A stretch of 64,000 nucleotides of DNA from Clostridia bacterium (GTDB lineage Bacteria; Bacillota; Clostridia; TANB77; CAG-508): assembly GCA_022794615.1 (NCBI GenBank), contig JAAWFD010000006.1, positions 1,837 to 65,836 of the forward strand, given 5' to 3'. Under the pieces are notes generated by a model that saw nothing but the letters and a program-made list of their open reading frames with translations, had not been told where the DNA came from and searched no databases. A program made the position numbers and the translations under genes. This document shows, one piece after another, positions 9,589 through 18,965 of this stretch (position 1 is the stretch's first letter; every line of letters starts with the position of its first letter).

Positions 9589-10563
9589 ATGTCAATAAGC
9601 GAAAAAAGAGTTGAACAATTCGAAGAAGAGTATAAAAAAGCCATTTCTAATAGAATTAATAAAATATGTTCTATTCAAACAGAGAATATAATTTTAACTG
9701 TAAGAAATGCAGGGATTACAGAACAAGTAATTGATGATATTCCTAATGTAGGAATTAGATTAAATAACAAATTAAATGAATTATCACAAACATTTAACAA
9801 AGCAGGGATTTCAATGTATTCTGCTAAGGCAGAGGACATTGATACAGTTACTTCATCATTTATTGGAGAAGCAATAATAATAGATTTAATAGAACATCTA
9901 TCACAAGCTACTAAAAAATTAGAAGAATATGATAAAAAATCTCAAACAATTATAAGCAAAAAAACACAGCAATCTAGGGCGTTAACTACAGTTAATACAA
10001 TAAAGAGGTTTTTTACAAAAATAAAATATCTATTTACTATTGTATCACCAACTGATATGACTTTGACAGAAGAAGAGAAAAGAACATTAAAAGAGCCACT
10101 TGATGAATTTACAGATATTAATGATAAAATTTGGAAATACAATTTAAAGGATAATGTAATTGATAGTATTGTAAAACATATTCATAACACAGGATATGCA
10201 GCTTTTACGGTACCAGATTTACTAGAAGAATGTGTTATTCCTGATTTACAAAATTTAGGATTAGATGATTTAATACCTGAGTTGCAATCAAAATTAATAG
10301 AAGTATATAAAAGAGATGCACTTAATTTGAAGATATGTGAAGAAGAGATGGGAATATATGTTCCTAACTTTAATAAAGAAACTCAGAATAACCCACAAAG
10401 TGAACACGACGATAACAAAGTGCAAACTGTACAACTTGAAACAACTGAAGACACTTTAAAAGGAAAAGGAATTACAAAAGAAGAACTTGATGTAATAGGG
10501 AGGATAGTAAATTCTTTAGAAGAAGGACAACCAACAGAAATAATTGAGCAAGAAGATAGATAA
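9589..10563 (+). CDS. Hypothetical protein, mostly helical with an acidic C-terminus; no family recognised
   Basis: A 324-codon ORF with the RBS ACAGGAGAG upstream. A promoter-like TTTACA...TATAAT lies at about 9508-9537. Amino-acid composition is normal. Confidence 0.75.
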   Translation: MSISEKRVEQFEEEYKKAISNRINKICSIQTENIILTVRNAGITEQVIDDIPNVGIRLNNKLNELSQTFNKAGISMYSAKAEDIDTVTSSFIGEAIIIDLIEHLSQATKKLEEYDKKSQTIISKKTQQSRALTTVNTIKRFFTKIKYLFTIVSPTDMTLTEEEKRTLKEPLDEFTDINDKIWKYNLKDNVIDSIVKHIHNTGYAAFTVPDLLEECVIPDLQNLGLDDLIPELQSKLIEVYKRDALNLKICEEEMGIYVPNFNKETQNNPQSEHDDNKVQTVQLETTEDTLKGKGITKEELDVIGRIVNSLEEGQPTEIIEQEDR

Positions 10564-10653
10564 AAAGAGAGTTTAGGATTTTACAGTCAAGTTGATTAGG
10601 ATAAAGTTTTATGGTAATATATAATATATAAATATAGAAGTAAGGAGGAAAAA

Positions 10654-11592
10654 ATGTGGCCTAGTATCATAAAAAAAGGGGGAACTGGAATAAAATTTGA
10701 TGAAAATTTTTGGGACATTTGGGGACCAAGCAATATGTTTTATTTTAATCCAGAATTATTTAATGATGAAAGGAAAATAAAATCGATATATTTTAAATAT
10801 TTAAATCATAATCAGCTTGAATTTGATCCTAGTGAAATTGCTATGGGGTTAATATATGAATGTCATGAATTTGGCGAGCATACTGTTTTATTTTCATATA
10901 ATGAAATTCCTAATATAACTACAAATTTGCATAGTTGGGATCATTTTGTTTTGCCATATTTTGAAACTGATGATAATAGATTAGTTAATATGTATAATGA
11001 TAGAAAATTAATGCTTGAAGGAAAAATGTCAAAAACTGAAATGTATATAAAATATTTAGAAGGTATAATTATATATTGGGATAATAATAGTAGGCAAATT
11101 TTTAGAAACCTATGCCATAGTATCCTAAATGAATATATACATTCACATACAAATATTAAACCAGAAATGGTATATCAAACATTTTTAGAAAGTATTGTTT
11201 CAAGAATATTAGTTTCGGATGATAGCTTAACAATATGTAGCTCCATACAGAGATGTTACGAGAGTAAAGATTTTCTTAAAATTATTAATGGTATAATGGA
11301 TATAAAACTAGATGAAAATTTATTAAAAGAAAGAATTAAATGTGAATACAGTAAACATCTAAAAGAATTAGATTTTTTACAAGAAGAAAATGATTTAGAT
11401 TCTATATACAGAGAATGTAGAGATTTGTTTTTAAATAGAGTAGTTCAATATAAAGAAGAACATATTGATTCAAGTCTTGTATTCAACACATACTTCGATA
11501 CAGACCTAGTTCCATATTTTGGTAGGATTGTTAAAGATGCAGATGGAAAACCTATTTTTGAAGAAATTGAAAGAGAATTTGATGTACGATAA
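10654..11592 (+). CDS. Hypothetical protein with a Trp/His-rich N-terminal half; no family recognised
   Basis: A 312-codon ORF with a strong RBS, TAAGGAGGAAAAA-ATG. Upstream is TTGATT, 17 nt, then TAATAT. Confidence 0.75.
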   Translation: MWPSIIKKGGTGIKFDENFWDIWGPSNMFYFNPELFNDERKIKSIYFKYLNHNQLEFDPSEIAMGLIYECHEFGEHTVLFSYNEIPNITTNLHSWDHFVLPYFETDDNRLVNMYNDRKLMLEGKMSKTEMYIKYLEGIIIYWDNNSRQIFRNLCHSILNEYIHSHTNIKPEMVYQTFLESIVSRILVSDDSLTICSSIQRCYESKDFLKIINGIMDIKLDENLLKERIKCEYSKHLKELDFLQEENDLDSIYRECRDLFLNRVVQYKEEHIDSSLVFNTYFDTDLVPYFGRIVKDADGKPIFEEIEREFDVR

Positions 11593-11709
11593 ATATTAAT
11601 GTTATATATATGACTCATTATTGGAAAACTTTAATAATAAGATTAAGTAATTGAATAAAAATATACAAAATAATTGTCAATAGATGTCAATAAATAGAAG
11701 AACTGCTGT

Positions 11710-11904
11710 TTGGTGAACTGGAATGAATGTAAAGAGTTGCCTGAGGGTTTTGTGACAAAAATGCTATTCAACAAATACATATACAGCATGGTATATAATA
11801 CTATGAGGTGGATGGAATTCTGGAAAGAGGATTATCTTGATGAAGAGGAGAGAGAAATAGCAAAATTTTGGAATGAGCTGATGGCGGAAATTGTGACTAA
11901 GTAA
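11710..11904 (+). CDS. Small hypothetical protein (64 aa from TTG, or 47 aa from the internal ATG at 11761)
   Basis: An open frame ends just before a strong terminator. The RBS is weak and the start is uncertain. Confidence 0.35.
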   Translation: MVNWNECKELPEGFVTKMLFNKYIYSMVYNTMRWMEFWKEDYLDEEEREIAKFWNELMAEIVTK

Positions 11905-11916
11905 TTAATGTCATAC

Positions 11917-11974
11917 GCCCTCTTCACTTTAGATTACATGTAAAAGTGTAAATCAAAAGTGAAGGGGGCTTTTA
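11917..11974. terminator. Bidirectional rho-independent terminator between convergent genes
   Basis: GCCCTCTTCACTTT (11917-11930) pairs with AAAGTGAAGGGGGC (11956-11969), with one G-U pair, and is followed by TTTT. Confidence 0.6.
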
Positions 11975-11989
11975 ATGTATCCATAAAAA

Positions 11990-12637
11990 TTATACAAACA
12001 ACTTAAAACAACCAATAGAGATAATCAGCAAACCAGAGATAAAAGACCAAACATTAGAAGGAAGAGAAGCACATCGAGAAAGTCTCTTACCTAAATGATT
12101 TCCTAGACTAAAAAATATAAGTTGGAAAAGGCTAATAAAAACAGGAAACCAAGAAAAACTAATTCCCAACATACCACCGCCGATACCAATAGAAAAACAA
12201 TCTAAAGATAAAGCAAGACCAAGAAAAAGAGCCTCTTTAGAGTCAATAGTATTTGACTTATCTAAATCAGAATCAATAGGATTTTTAATAATATTAGTTG
12301 TAATACCCAAAAAATTAATAAAAGATTTATAAGGCTTATCTTCATTATAATCAAATTTATTAGCTGAGATAGGAGCCTTTTTAACAGCCTGAAAGCAAAC
12401 GAAAAATCCAATAAAAATAAGTATAAAGCTACCGATAAAAGAAGTAATAGATTCAGAAAAAAGATTTTTGAGTACATCTCCAAACCAAATAGAAGTCAAA
12501 GAGATACAAAAAGAAAGTAAAAATAAAATAATTTTGGCTTGATTTGAGATTTTAGTATTTTTAACCCCATAAGTAATACCAATACCAAGTGAATCTATAC
12601 TACTAGAAATAGCAAGTAAAAAAGAATTAATAATCAT
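11990..12637 (-). CDS. ytaF: Sporulation membrane protein YtaF (MntP-like fold)
   Basis: The N-terminus is MIINSFLLAISSSIDSLGIGITYG, and a second DxxxxG-type half reads LALSLDCFSIGIGGG. GGAGG lies 5 nt before ATG 12637, so the ORF-track start at 12670 is probably too long. Confidence 0.8.
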   Translation of the reverse strand: MIINSFLLAISSSIDSLGIGITYGVKNTKISNQAKIILFLLSFCISLTSIWFGDVLKNLFSESITSFIGSFILIFIGFFVCFQAVKKAPISANKFDYNEDKPYKSFINFLGITTNIIKNPIDSDLDKSNTIDSKEALFLGLALSLDCFSIGIGGGMLGISFSWFPVFISLFQLIFFSLGNHLGKRLSRCASLPSNVWSFISGLLIISIGCFKLFV

Positions 12638-12873
12638 AAAGACCTCCTCTAGAGTAAAATATTTTTGCACAAAATACTTTAATTACAAAAATTTACAAAT
12701 TTCTCTCTTACATAATATGACAAAAAAGGCAAAATGTTTAAAATATGTAATACTAAAAAAGTATGAATAAAAAAGAAGTACAAGCATATAGTGTAGTAAA
12801 CAAAGAATGGAGCTAATTTGATTAAATAAAAACAGCTTCATATATAAAACTAAAAACAAAGGAGAGAAATAAA

Positions 12874-15528
12874 ATGAGAGGAACGATTAGAAGAGAAGAA
12901 AACAAAAAGACAACTTTAAGAAGAGAAAACATGTGGGAAACTATGAGAAAAGAAGAAATAATACAAATATTAAGAACACATGAAGGACAAGGACTGCAAG
13001 AATGTGATGCAGAAGAAAGGCAAAAGCAGTATGGAAAAAACAAATTAGAAGACAAGCCAAAGGAGAGTATTATTATAAGATTTTTAAAACAATTTAATGA
13101 TTTTATGATAATAATACTAATATTAGCATCAGTAGTATCTGCATTAGTTTCAAAAATGCAAGGAGAGAACGGATATGTAGATTCAATAATAATAATAGCA
13201 ATTGTAATATTAAATGCAATAATGGGGGTTATACAGGAGGCAAAGGCAGAAAAATCGATAGAGGCCTTGCAGAAAATGACACCACAAAAAGCCAAGACAA
13301 TAAGAAAAGGAATAACAAATGAAATAAATGCAGAAGAATTAGTACCAGGAGATATAATAATACTAGAAGCGGGAAATTATGTTCCAGCAGATTGTAGAAT
13401 AATAGAGAGTAGAAATTTAAAAATAGAAGAATCAAGTTTAACAGGAGAAACAGAAGCGATATTAAAAGATGCAAACTATATATGTGCACCAAATGTACCA
13501 TTAGGAGACCAAATAAATATGGCATTTATGGCAAGTATAGTAGTAGGAGGAAATGGAAAAGCAGTTGTTACAGAAATAGGAATGGATACAAAAGTAGGAA
13601 AAATTGCAGGAATGATGATACAAGATGAGGCACCAGAAACACCAATACAGAAAAAACTAGGACAGGTAGGAAAAACATTAGGAATAGTATGTTTAGTAAT
13701 ATGTGTGATAATATTTATCATTGGAATATTTAAGAGAATAGAGCCATTAGAAATGTTTATGACATCAGTAGGATTAGCAGTAGCGGCAATACCAGAAGGA
13801 TTACCAGCAATAGTAACAATAATGTTATCAATTGGTGTTACAAGAATGGCTAAAAGCAATAGTATAATAAGAAAATTACCAGCTGTAGAAACATTAGGAA
13901 GTAGCAAAGTAATATGTTCAGACAAAACAGGAACATTAACACAAAACAAGATGACAGTTGTAGAAGTCAGAGCAAAAAATCAAGAATTAGCAATAGAATT
14001 AGGCACAATGTGTACTAATTGTGATATGATATATGAAAACGGCAAGCTAGAGGTAAAAGGAGAACCAACAGAGGCTGCAATTGTAAAATATGCAATAAAA
14101 AGAAATAAAAACAAAGATGAATTATATAACCAAATGCCGAAAATAAATGAGATACCATTTGATTCAAATAGAAAAATGATGACAAGTATACATAGAATAG
14201 GAAATAAATATAGAATAATAACAAAAGGTGCGCCAGATGTATTAATAGAAAGGTGTAATATTAATTCGCAAGAAAAACAAAAAGTACAAAGAGATAATAC
14301 ACAGATGGCAGAAAAAGCACTAAGAGTAATAGCAGTAGGATATAAAGATGTACAGACATTACCAAGTAAAATAGATACAGAAACAATTGAAAATGGTCTA
14401 GAATTTTTAGGATTAATAGGCATGATTGACCCACCAAGAGAAGGGGTAAAAGAAGCAATAAAAGTATGTAAAAGAGCTGGAATAAAAACAGTAATGATTA
14501 CAGGAGACCATATTTTAACAGCAAAAGCCATTGCAAAAGAACTTAATATATTGGGAAGTAGAGACAAAGCAATAACAGGAAAAGAATTAGATGAAATATC
14601 ACAAGAAAGATTAGAAAAAGAAATATCAGAGTACTCAGTATTTGCAAGAGTAACGCCAGAGCACAAAGTACGAATAGTAAAAGCATGGCAAAAGTCAGGA
14701 GCAGTAGTAGCAATGACAGGTGATGGTGTAAATGATAGTCCAGCACTTAAAAATGCAGATATAGGAATAGCAATGGGAATGAATGGTACAGATGTAGCAA
14801 AAAATGCAGCAGACATGATTTTAGTAGATGATAATTTTGTAACAATTGTTGAAGCTGTAAAACAAGGAAGGAATATATATGATAATATTAGAAAAGCTAT
14901 ACATTTTTTAATATCAACAAATATAGGAGAGATTGTTACAATATTTATGGGGCTACTATTAGGATTAAAGTCACCATTACTTGCAATACAATTATTATGG
15001 GTAAATTTAGTAACAGATTCATTACCAGCAATAGCTTTAGGATTAGAGCCACCTGAAAAGGACATAATGAATAGAAAACCAATTAATAGCAAGAAAGGAA
15101 TTTTTGCAGATGGGTTATGGAATAAAATTGTAGTAGAAGGAATAATGTTAGGATTATTAACATTAATTGCATTTAGTATAGGAAATAAATATTATAGTGT
15201 AGAAGTAGGAAGAACAATGGCATTTATAGCAATTGGAATATTAGAGTTGGTGCATAGTTTTAATATAAAAACAGATAAATCAATATTTTCAAGAGTTTTA
15301 TTAGAAAATAAATTTTTAATAGCAAGTTTTGTATTTGGAATATTACTTCAAATAATAGTAGCAGTAATACCTGCTATTGCAGAAATATTCAAACTAGTTC
15401 CTTTGAATCAAACTCAATGGTTAATTACAATTATAATTTCTATTATGCCAGTACCAATTATGGAATTACAAAAGAAATTTAATAGTGTTAAATTCGGAGA
15501 AGTTGTATATAGTAAGCAAATTGATTAA
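12874..15528 (+). CDS. Calcium-translocating P-type ATPase (P2A/P2B type)
   Basis: Motifs present: the phosphorylation site CSDKTGTLTQNKM, TGES (LTGETE), the hinge TGDGVNDSPALK, and 10 predicted TM segments. The RBS is AAAGGAGAG. Confidence 0.93.
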   Translation: MRGTIRREENKKTTLRRENMWETMRKEEIIQILRTHEGQGLQECDAEERQKQYGKNKLEDKPKESIIIRFLKQFNDFMIIILILASVVSALVSKMQGENGYVDSIIIIAIVILNAIMGVIQEAKAEKSIEALQKMTPQKAKTIRKGITNEINAEELVPGDIIILEAGNYVPADCRIIESRNLKIEESSLTGETEAILKDANYICAPNVPLGDQINMAFMASIVVGGNGKAVVTEIGMDTKVGKIAGMMIQDEAPETPIQKKLGQVGKTLGIVCLVICVIIFIIGIFKRIEPLEMFMTSVGLAVAAIPEGLPAIVTIMLSIGVTRMAKSNSIIRKLPAVETLGSSKVICSDKTGTLTQNKMTVVEVRAKNQELAIELGTMCTNCDMIYENGKLEVKGEPTEAAIVKYAIKRNKNKDELYNQMPKINEIPFDSNRKMMTSIHRIGNKYRIITKGAPDVLIERCNINSQEKQKVQRDNTQMAEKALRVIAVGYKDVQTLPSKIDTETIENGLEFLGLIGMIDPPREGVKEAIKVCKRAGIKTVMITGDHILTAKAIAKELNILGSRDKAITGKELDEISQERLEKEISEYSVFARVTPEHKVRIVKAWQKSGAVVAMTGDGVNDSPALKNADIGIAMGMNGTDVAKNAADMILVDDNFVTIVEAVKQGRNIYDNIRKAIHFLISTNIGEIVTIFMGLLLGLKSPLLAIQLLWVNLVTDSLPAIALGLEPPEKDIMNRKPINSKKGIFADGLWNKIVVEGIMLGLLTLIAFSIGNKYYSVEVGRTMAFIAIGILELVHSFNIKTDKSIFSRVLLENKFLIASFVFGILLQIIVAVIPAIAEIFKLVPLNQTQWLITIIISIMPVPIMELQKKFNSVKFGEVVYSKQID

Positions 15529-15597
15529 AAGTGTAGTAATTCAAAAATATATGTGATATAATAAAAAATAATTATCGGAATAAAGAGGAGAGAAAAA

Positions 15598-16032
15598 ATG
15601 GAAAAATACATACACAAAGTACACTATTACGAAACAGACAAAATGGGAATAACACATCACTCAAATTATATAAGATGGATGGAAGAAGCAAGAGTAGACT
15701 ATTTAGAAAAAATAGGATGGGGATATGATAAATTAGAAGAACTAGGAATATCGTCACCAGTAATAGAAATAAAATGTGATTACAAGAATAGTACAAAATT
15801 TAATGATAATATAGAAATAGAGGTAAATATAAGAGAATATAAAGGAGTAAGGATGACAATCTCATATGAGATGAAAAACAAAAACACAGAACAAATTGTA
15901 TTAATAGGAGAATCAAAACATTGTTTTGTAAATCGAGAAGGAAAACCAATAATATTAAAAAAACAATGCCCAGAATTCAATGAAATTTTTAATATGCTTA
16001 TAAATAAAAAAGATTCTTATTGTAATTTGTAA
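15598..16032 (+). CDS. Acyl-CoA thioesterase, 4HBT/YbgC family
   Basis: The N-terminus VHYYETDKMGITHHSNYIRWMEEARVDYL is the hotdog-fold YbgC/FcoT signature. The RBS is AGAGGAGAG. Confidence 0.85.
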   Translation: MEKYIHKVHYYETDKMGITHHSNYIRWMEEARVDYLEKIGWGYDKLEELGISSPVIEIKCDYKNSTKFNDNIEIEVNIREYKGVRMTISYEMKNKNTEQIVLIGESKHCFVNREGKPIILKKQCPEFNEIFNMLINKKDSYCNL

Positions 16033-16092
16033 CAAAAATAGTTGACAGTACTTTGTGTTAATGATATTATTTAAAATGTTAGGAGGAAAAAT

Positions 16093-16356
16093 ATGGGACT
16101 AATAATTATTATAGTAATTGGTGCAATAGCTATAACAGTTGGATCAGCAGTAATATCAAATAAGTTTTCTAACAAACTTCACTCTACAATAATGAAGTCT
16201 ACAGGCTTAGGAAATAAACTTAATGAGAACTTTGATTCAATGAATGCAAAAGCATTAAAAAAATTAGATGAGAAACTTGCAAATGGAGAGATTACACAAG
16301 AGCAATATGAAAAACGTAAAAGAAATTTATTACAAGATTTTGATTTTAATAAGTAA
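16093..16356 (+). CDS. Small membrane protein with a C-terminal SHOCT-like motif
   Basis: It has an N-terminal TM segment, and the C-terminus LANGEITQEQYEKRKRNLL resembles a SHOCT domain. The RBS is TTAGGAGGAAAAAT-ATG. Confidence 0.7.
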   Translation: MGLIIIIVIGAIAITVGSAVISNKFSNKLHSTIMKSTGLGNKLNENFDSMNAKALKKLDEKLANGEITQEQYEKRKRNLLQDFDFNK

Positions 16357-16381
16357 AATATAAACATCAAATTGTAAAAAT

Positions 16382-16413
16382 AGAATTACCAGAATTTTTA
16401 TTCTGGTAATTCT
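16382..16413. terminator. Bidirectional terminator
   Basis: AGAATTACCAGAA, a 6-nt loop, then TTCTGGTAATTCT: a perfect 13-bp stem flanked by A/T runs. Confidence 0.7.
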
Positions 16414-16942
16414 ATTTTGAAGAAAATATTTCAAATTTATTATCAATCATTTTATTAAGATATGAAAATTGAACATATAGTTTACAAGAAAAAGACTGAG
16501 CGACGTTTCTTAGTAGATATTGTTCAGGAGGAATATTTTCAACTAAAGAAAATTCTTCGCCATTAAATGTAGACTTCAAAGACTGTTCCAAAATATCACA
16601 AAAATTATCATAACAAATATTAGTAGGAGAAGTTTTTAAAGCTAGATTAATTAAATTTTTAATATCATTCATAACATAAACTTGTTTTAAAATACAAATT
16701 ACAAATAATTCAGCAATATGCAATCTATTATATTTTTTCTTAACGGGGGGAGCTATAATATCCTGTTTAACGTAATTATTAATCATAGTTTTAGTAATCA
16801 AAGTTTCATTTTCATCATTTATATAAATAGGTAAGTTTTTTTCAACATAAGAAAGAACTTGATCCATATATAAATCAATATTAGGGATTTCATCCCATCT
16901 GGGAATATGGAAATTATTAATATCAAAATTTAAGTTAATCAA
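16412..16942 (-). CDS. DUF1836-family protein
   Basis: FHIPRWDEIPNIDLYMDQV and TKTMINNYVKQDIIAPPVKKKY match the DUF1836 pattern. The start is TTG, with GAGGTG 7 nt upstream. Confidence 0.7.
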   Translation of the reverse strand: MINLNFDINNFHIPRWDEIPNIDLYMDQVLSYVEKNLPIYINDENETLITKTMINNYVKQDIIAPPVKKKYNRLHIAELFVICILKQVYVMNDIKNLINLALKTSPTNICYDNFCDILEQSLKSTFNGEEFSLVENIPPEQYLLRNVAQSFSCKLYVQFSYLNKMIDNKFEIFSSK

Positions 16943-17107
16943 AAAATCACCTCTATAATAAAATTAATTGTTCTGCATATCTTGTATAAATTGCAAAGCC
17001 AAAAATTTTAATAAAATAATAACATATTTTGAATAAATAGTCAAAATGTTGACATAGAATACAATGTTTGTTAATATAGTATTGAATACTACATAAAGGA
17101 GAAAAGT

Positions 17108-18805
17108 ATGGAAAAATTAAAAGATATAAAAGAAATAATATATGCATCAGTAAAGAGGTTTTCAAGCAATATAGCATTTACAACTAAAATAAAAAAAGGA
17201 GAAAAAGTAACATATAAAAATACAACATATAAAGAATTATTAGAAGATATAAATGGATTTGGAACATCACTATATAATATTGGGTTAAAAAAAGAAAGAG
17301 TAGCAATACTAGGAAGAAATAGATATGAGTGGGTAGTAGCACATCTAGCAAACCTATTAGGAAATATAATATCAGTACCATTAGATAAAGATTTACAGTT
17401 AGAAGAATTAGAAACATCATTAATAAGAAGTAAAGCAAAAGCAATAGTATTCGATGAGAAGTATATAGAAAAAATAGAAAAAGTGAAAGAAAGAAACAAC
17501 ACACAAGTAGAGCATTTTATATGTATGAGTGAATTAGAAAGCTATGAAAATGTAAACAACTTAATAGCAGAAGGAAAGAAGTCAATAGGAAGTGGAAACC
17601 AAGAATATATAAATGCAGAGATAACAGAAAAAGAAATGGGAATATTATTATTCACATCAGGAACAACATCACAATCGAAAGCAGTAATGCTATCACAATT
17701 CGGAATAGCAACAAATATACATGATATGTTATTAGTAGAAAAGTTTTATGAAACAGATGTAAATATAGCATTTTTACCATTCCACCATGTATTTGGTTCA
17801 ACAGGGATGTTAGTAATGTTGGCAGTAGGATTAAAAACAGTATTTCCAGATGGACTAAAATATATAAAATCAAATTTAAAAGAATATGGAGTATCAGTAT
17901 TTATAGGAGTACCAGTATTAGTAGACAAAATGTATAAAACAGTAATGCAAGAAATAGAAAAGCAAGGAAAAACAAAGGTCATTAAAATAGCAACAAAAGT
18001 AAGCAACTTTTTATTAAAGTTTAAAATAGACATTAGAAGAAAATTATTCAAGCAAGTAATAGAAGGACTTGGAGGAAAACTAAGAACAATAATATCAGGA
18101 GGGGCACCATTAGACCAAAACACATCTAGAAGTTTTGATGAATTTGGAATAGAAATGATACAAGGATATGGACTAACAGAAACATCTCCAGTATTAATAG
18201 CAGAAAATCCTAAAAAGAAAAGATATGGCTCTACAGGAATAGCAATGGAGCATGTACAAATAGAAATAGCCAATAAGGATGATAAAGGAATTGGGGAAAT
18301 AAGAGCAAAGGGACCAAACATAATGTTAGGATATTATGAAAATCAGGAAAAAACAGATGAGGTTTTACAAGACGGATGGTTTTATACAGGAGACTTAGGA
18401 TATATAGATAAAGATGGATTTATATTCATAACAGGAAGAAAAAAAGATTTAATAGTTTTAAAAAACGGGAAAAAGGTATTCCCTGAAGAAATAGAAACAT
18501 TAGTATTAAGATTACCAGAAGTCGAAGAATGTTTTGTATTTGGTATGCCAGATGAAGATGACCAAAATGATGTTAAAGTTTCTGTTAAAGTAGTATATAA
18601 TGAAAGCTATGTAAAAGATAAATATGGAAAGATTACAGAAGAAGAGTTATATAAAATAATTTGGAATAAAATTAAAGAAATAAATACAACATTACCAAAA
18701 TATAAATATATGAAACATATGATTTTAACAAAAGAGCCTTTGATTAAGACTACTACGAATAAGGTTAAAAGAAATGAAGAAATGAAGATAATTTTAGGAA
18801 AATAA
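17108..18805 (+). CDS. Long-chain acyl-CoA ligase (AMP-binding, FadD-like)
   Basis: Motifs LFTSGTTSQSKAVMLS, GYGLTETSP, YTGDLG and GRKKDLIVLKNGKKV are present. The RBS is AAAGGAGAAAAGT-ATG. Confidence 0.9.
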   Translation: MEKLKDIKEIIYASVKRFSSNIAFTTKIKKGEKVTYKNTTYKELLEDINGFGTSLYNIGLKKERVAILGRNRYEWVVAHLANLLGNIISVPLDKDLQLEELETSLIRSKAKAIVFDEKYIEKIEKVKERNNTQVEHFICMSELESYENVNNLIAEGKKSIGSGNQEYINAEITEKEMGILLFTSGTTSQSKAVMLSQFGIATNIHDMLLVEKFYETDVNIAFLPFHHVFGSTGMLVMLAVGLKTVFPDGLKYIKSNLKEYGVSVFIGVPVLVDKMYKTVMQEIEKQGKTKVIKIATKVSNFLLKFKIDIRRKLFKQVIEGLGGKLRTIISGGAPLDQNTSRSFDEFGIEMIQGYGLTETSPVLIAENPKKKRYGSTGIAMEHVQIEIANKDDKGIGEIRAKGPNIMLGYYENQEKTDEVLQDGWFYTGDLGYIDKDGFIFITGRKKDLIVLKNGKKVFPEEIETLVLRLPEVEECFVFGMPDEDDQNDVKVSVKVVYNESYVKDKYGKITEEELYKIIWNKIKEINTTLPKYKYMKHMILTKEPLIKTTTNKVKRNEEMKIILGK

Positions 18806-18836
18806 GTGTGTCAGAGGGACGTCCTTTTTGACACAC
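18806..18836 (+). repeat. Palindromic intergenic unit, copy A (GTGTCA-N15-TGACAC); probable fadD-like gene terminator
   Basis: GTGTGTCAGAGGGACGTCCTTTTTGACACAC begins one nt after the stop codon and is followed by CTTTTCC. Confidence 0.6.
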
Positions 18837-18852
18837 CTTTTCCATTTATGTT

Positions 18853-18879
18853 GTGTCAAAAAGGACGTCCCCGTGACAC
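18853..18879 (-). repeat. Palindromic intergenic unit, copy B (inverted relative to copy A)
   Basis: The reverse complement, GTGTCACGGGGACGTCCTTTTTGACAC, matches copy A at 25 of 27 positions by my count. Confidence 0.6.
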
Positions 18880-18898
18880 AAAAAAATTTATGTTCCCA

Positions 18899-18927
18899 TT
18901 GACAAACGCGAAAAAATCTTATAATAT
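18899..18927 (+). promoter_or_regulatory. Sigma-A-like promoter of the pyr operon
   Basis: TTGACA (18899-18904), 17 nt, then TAATAT. It lies downstream of the two palindromic units. Confidence 0.45.
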
Positions 18928-18965
18928 AAATGCTAGAAAAAATAAAGAATGAAAGGAATATAAAA

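Noticed and set aside
12638-12873. A possible yybP-ykoY (Mn) riboswitch or other leader in the ytaF / Ca-ATPase divergent region.
   Set aside because: The sequence is almost pure AT, with no conserved helices or GC-rich core that I could recognise.
13980-15092. A 370-aa antisense ORF inside the Ca2+-ATPase gene. There are many similar Leu/Phe/Ile/Ser-rich antisense ORFs, for example 26330-27064, 17746-18321, 22235-22735, 62843-63349 and 63494-63991.
   Set aside because: They lie fully inside strongly supported genes on the opposite strand. They have low-complexity hydrophobic composition and no RBS. They are explained by the extreme purine richness of the coding strands, which depletes stop codons on the complementary strand.
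18806-18879. A PyrR-binding attenuator upstream of pyrC. The local GUC-AGAGG-GAC resembles the UCC-AGAGA-GG binding loop.
   Set aside because: The best pyr promoter (TTGACA at 18899) lies downstream of these hairpins. The other two copies of the unit lack the AGAG loop, and one of them follows pyrE with no pyr gene after it. No pyrR gene is present in the window.
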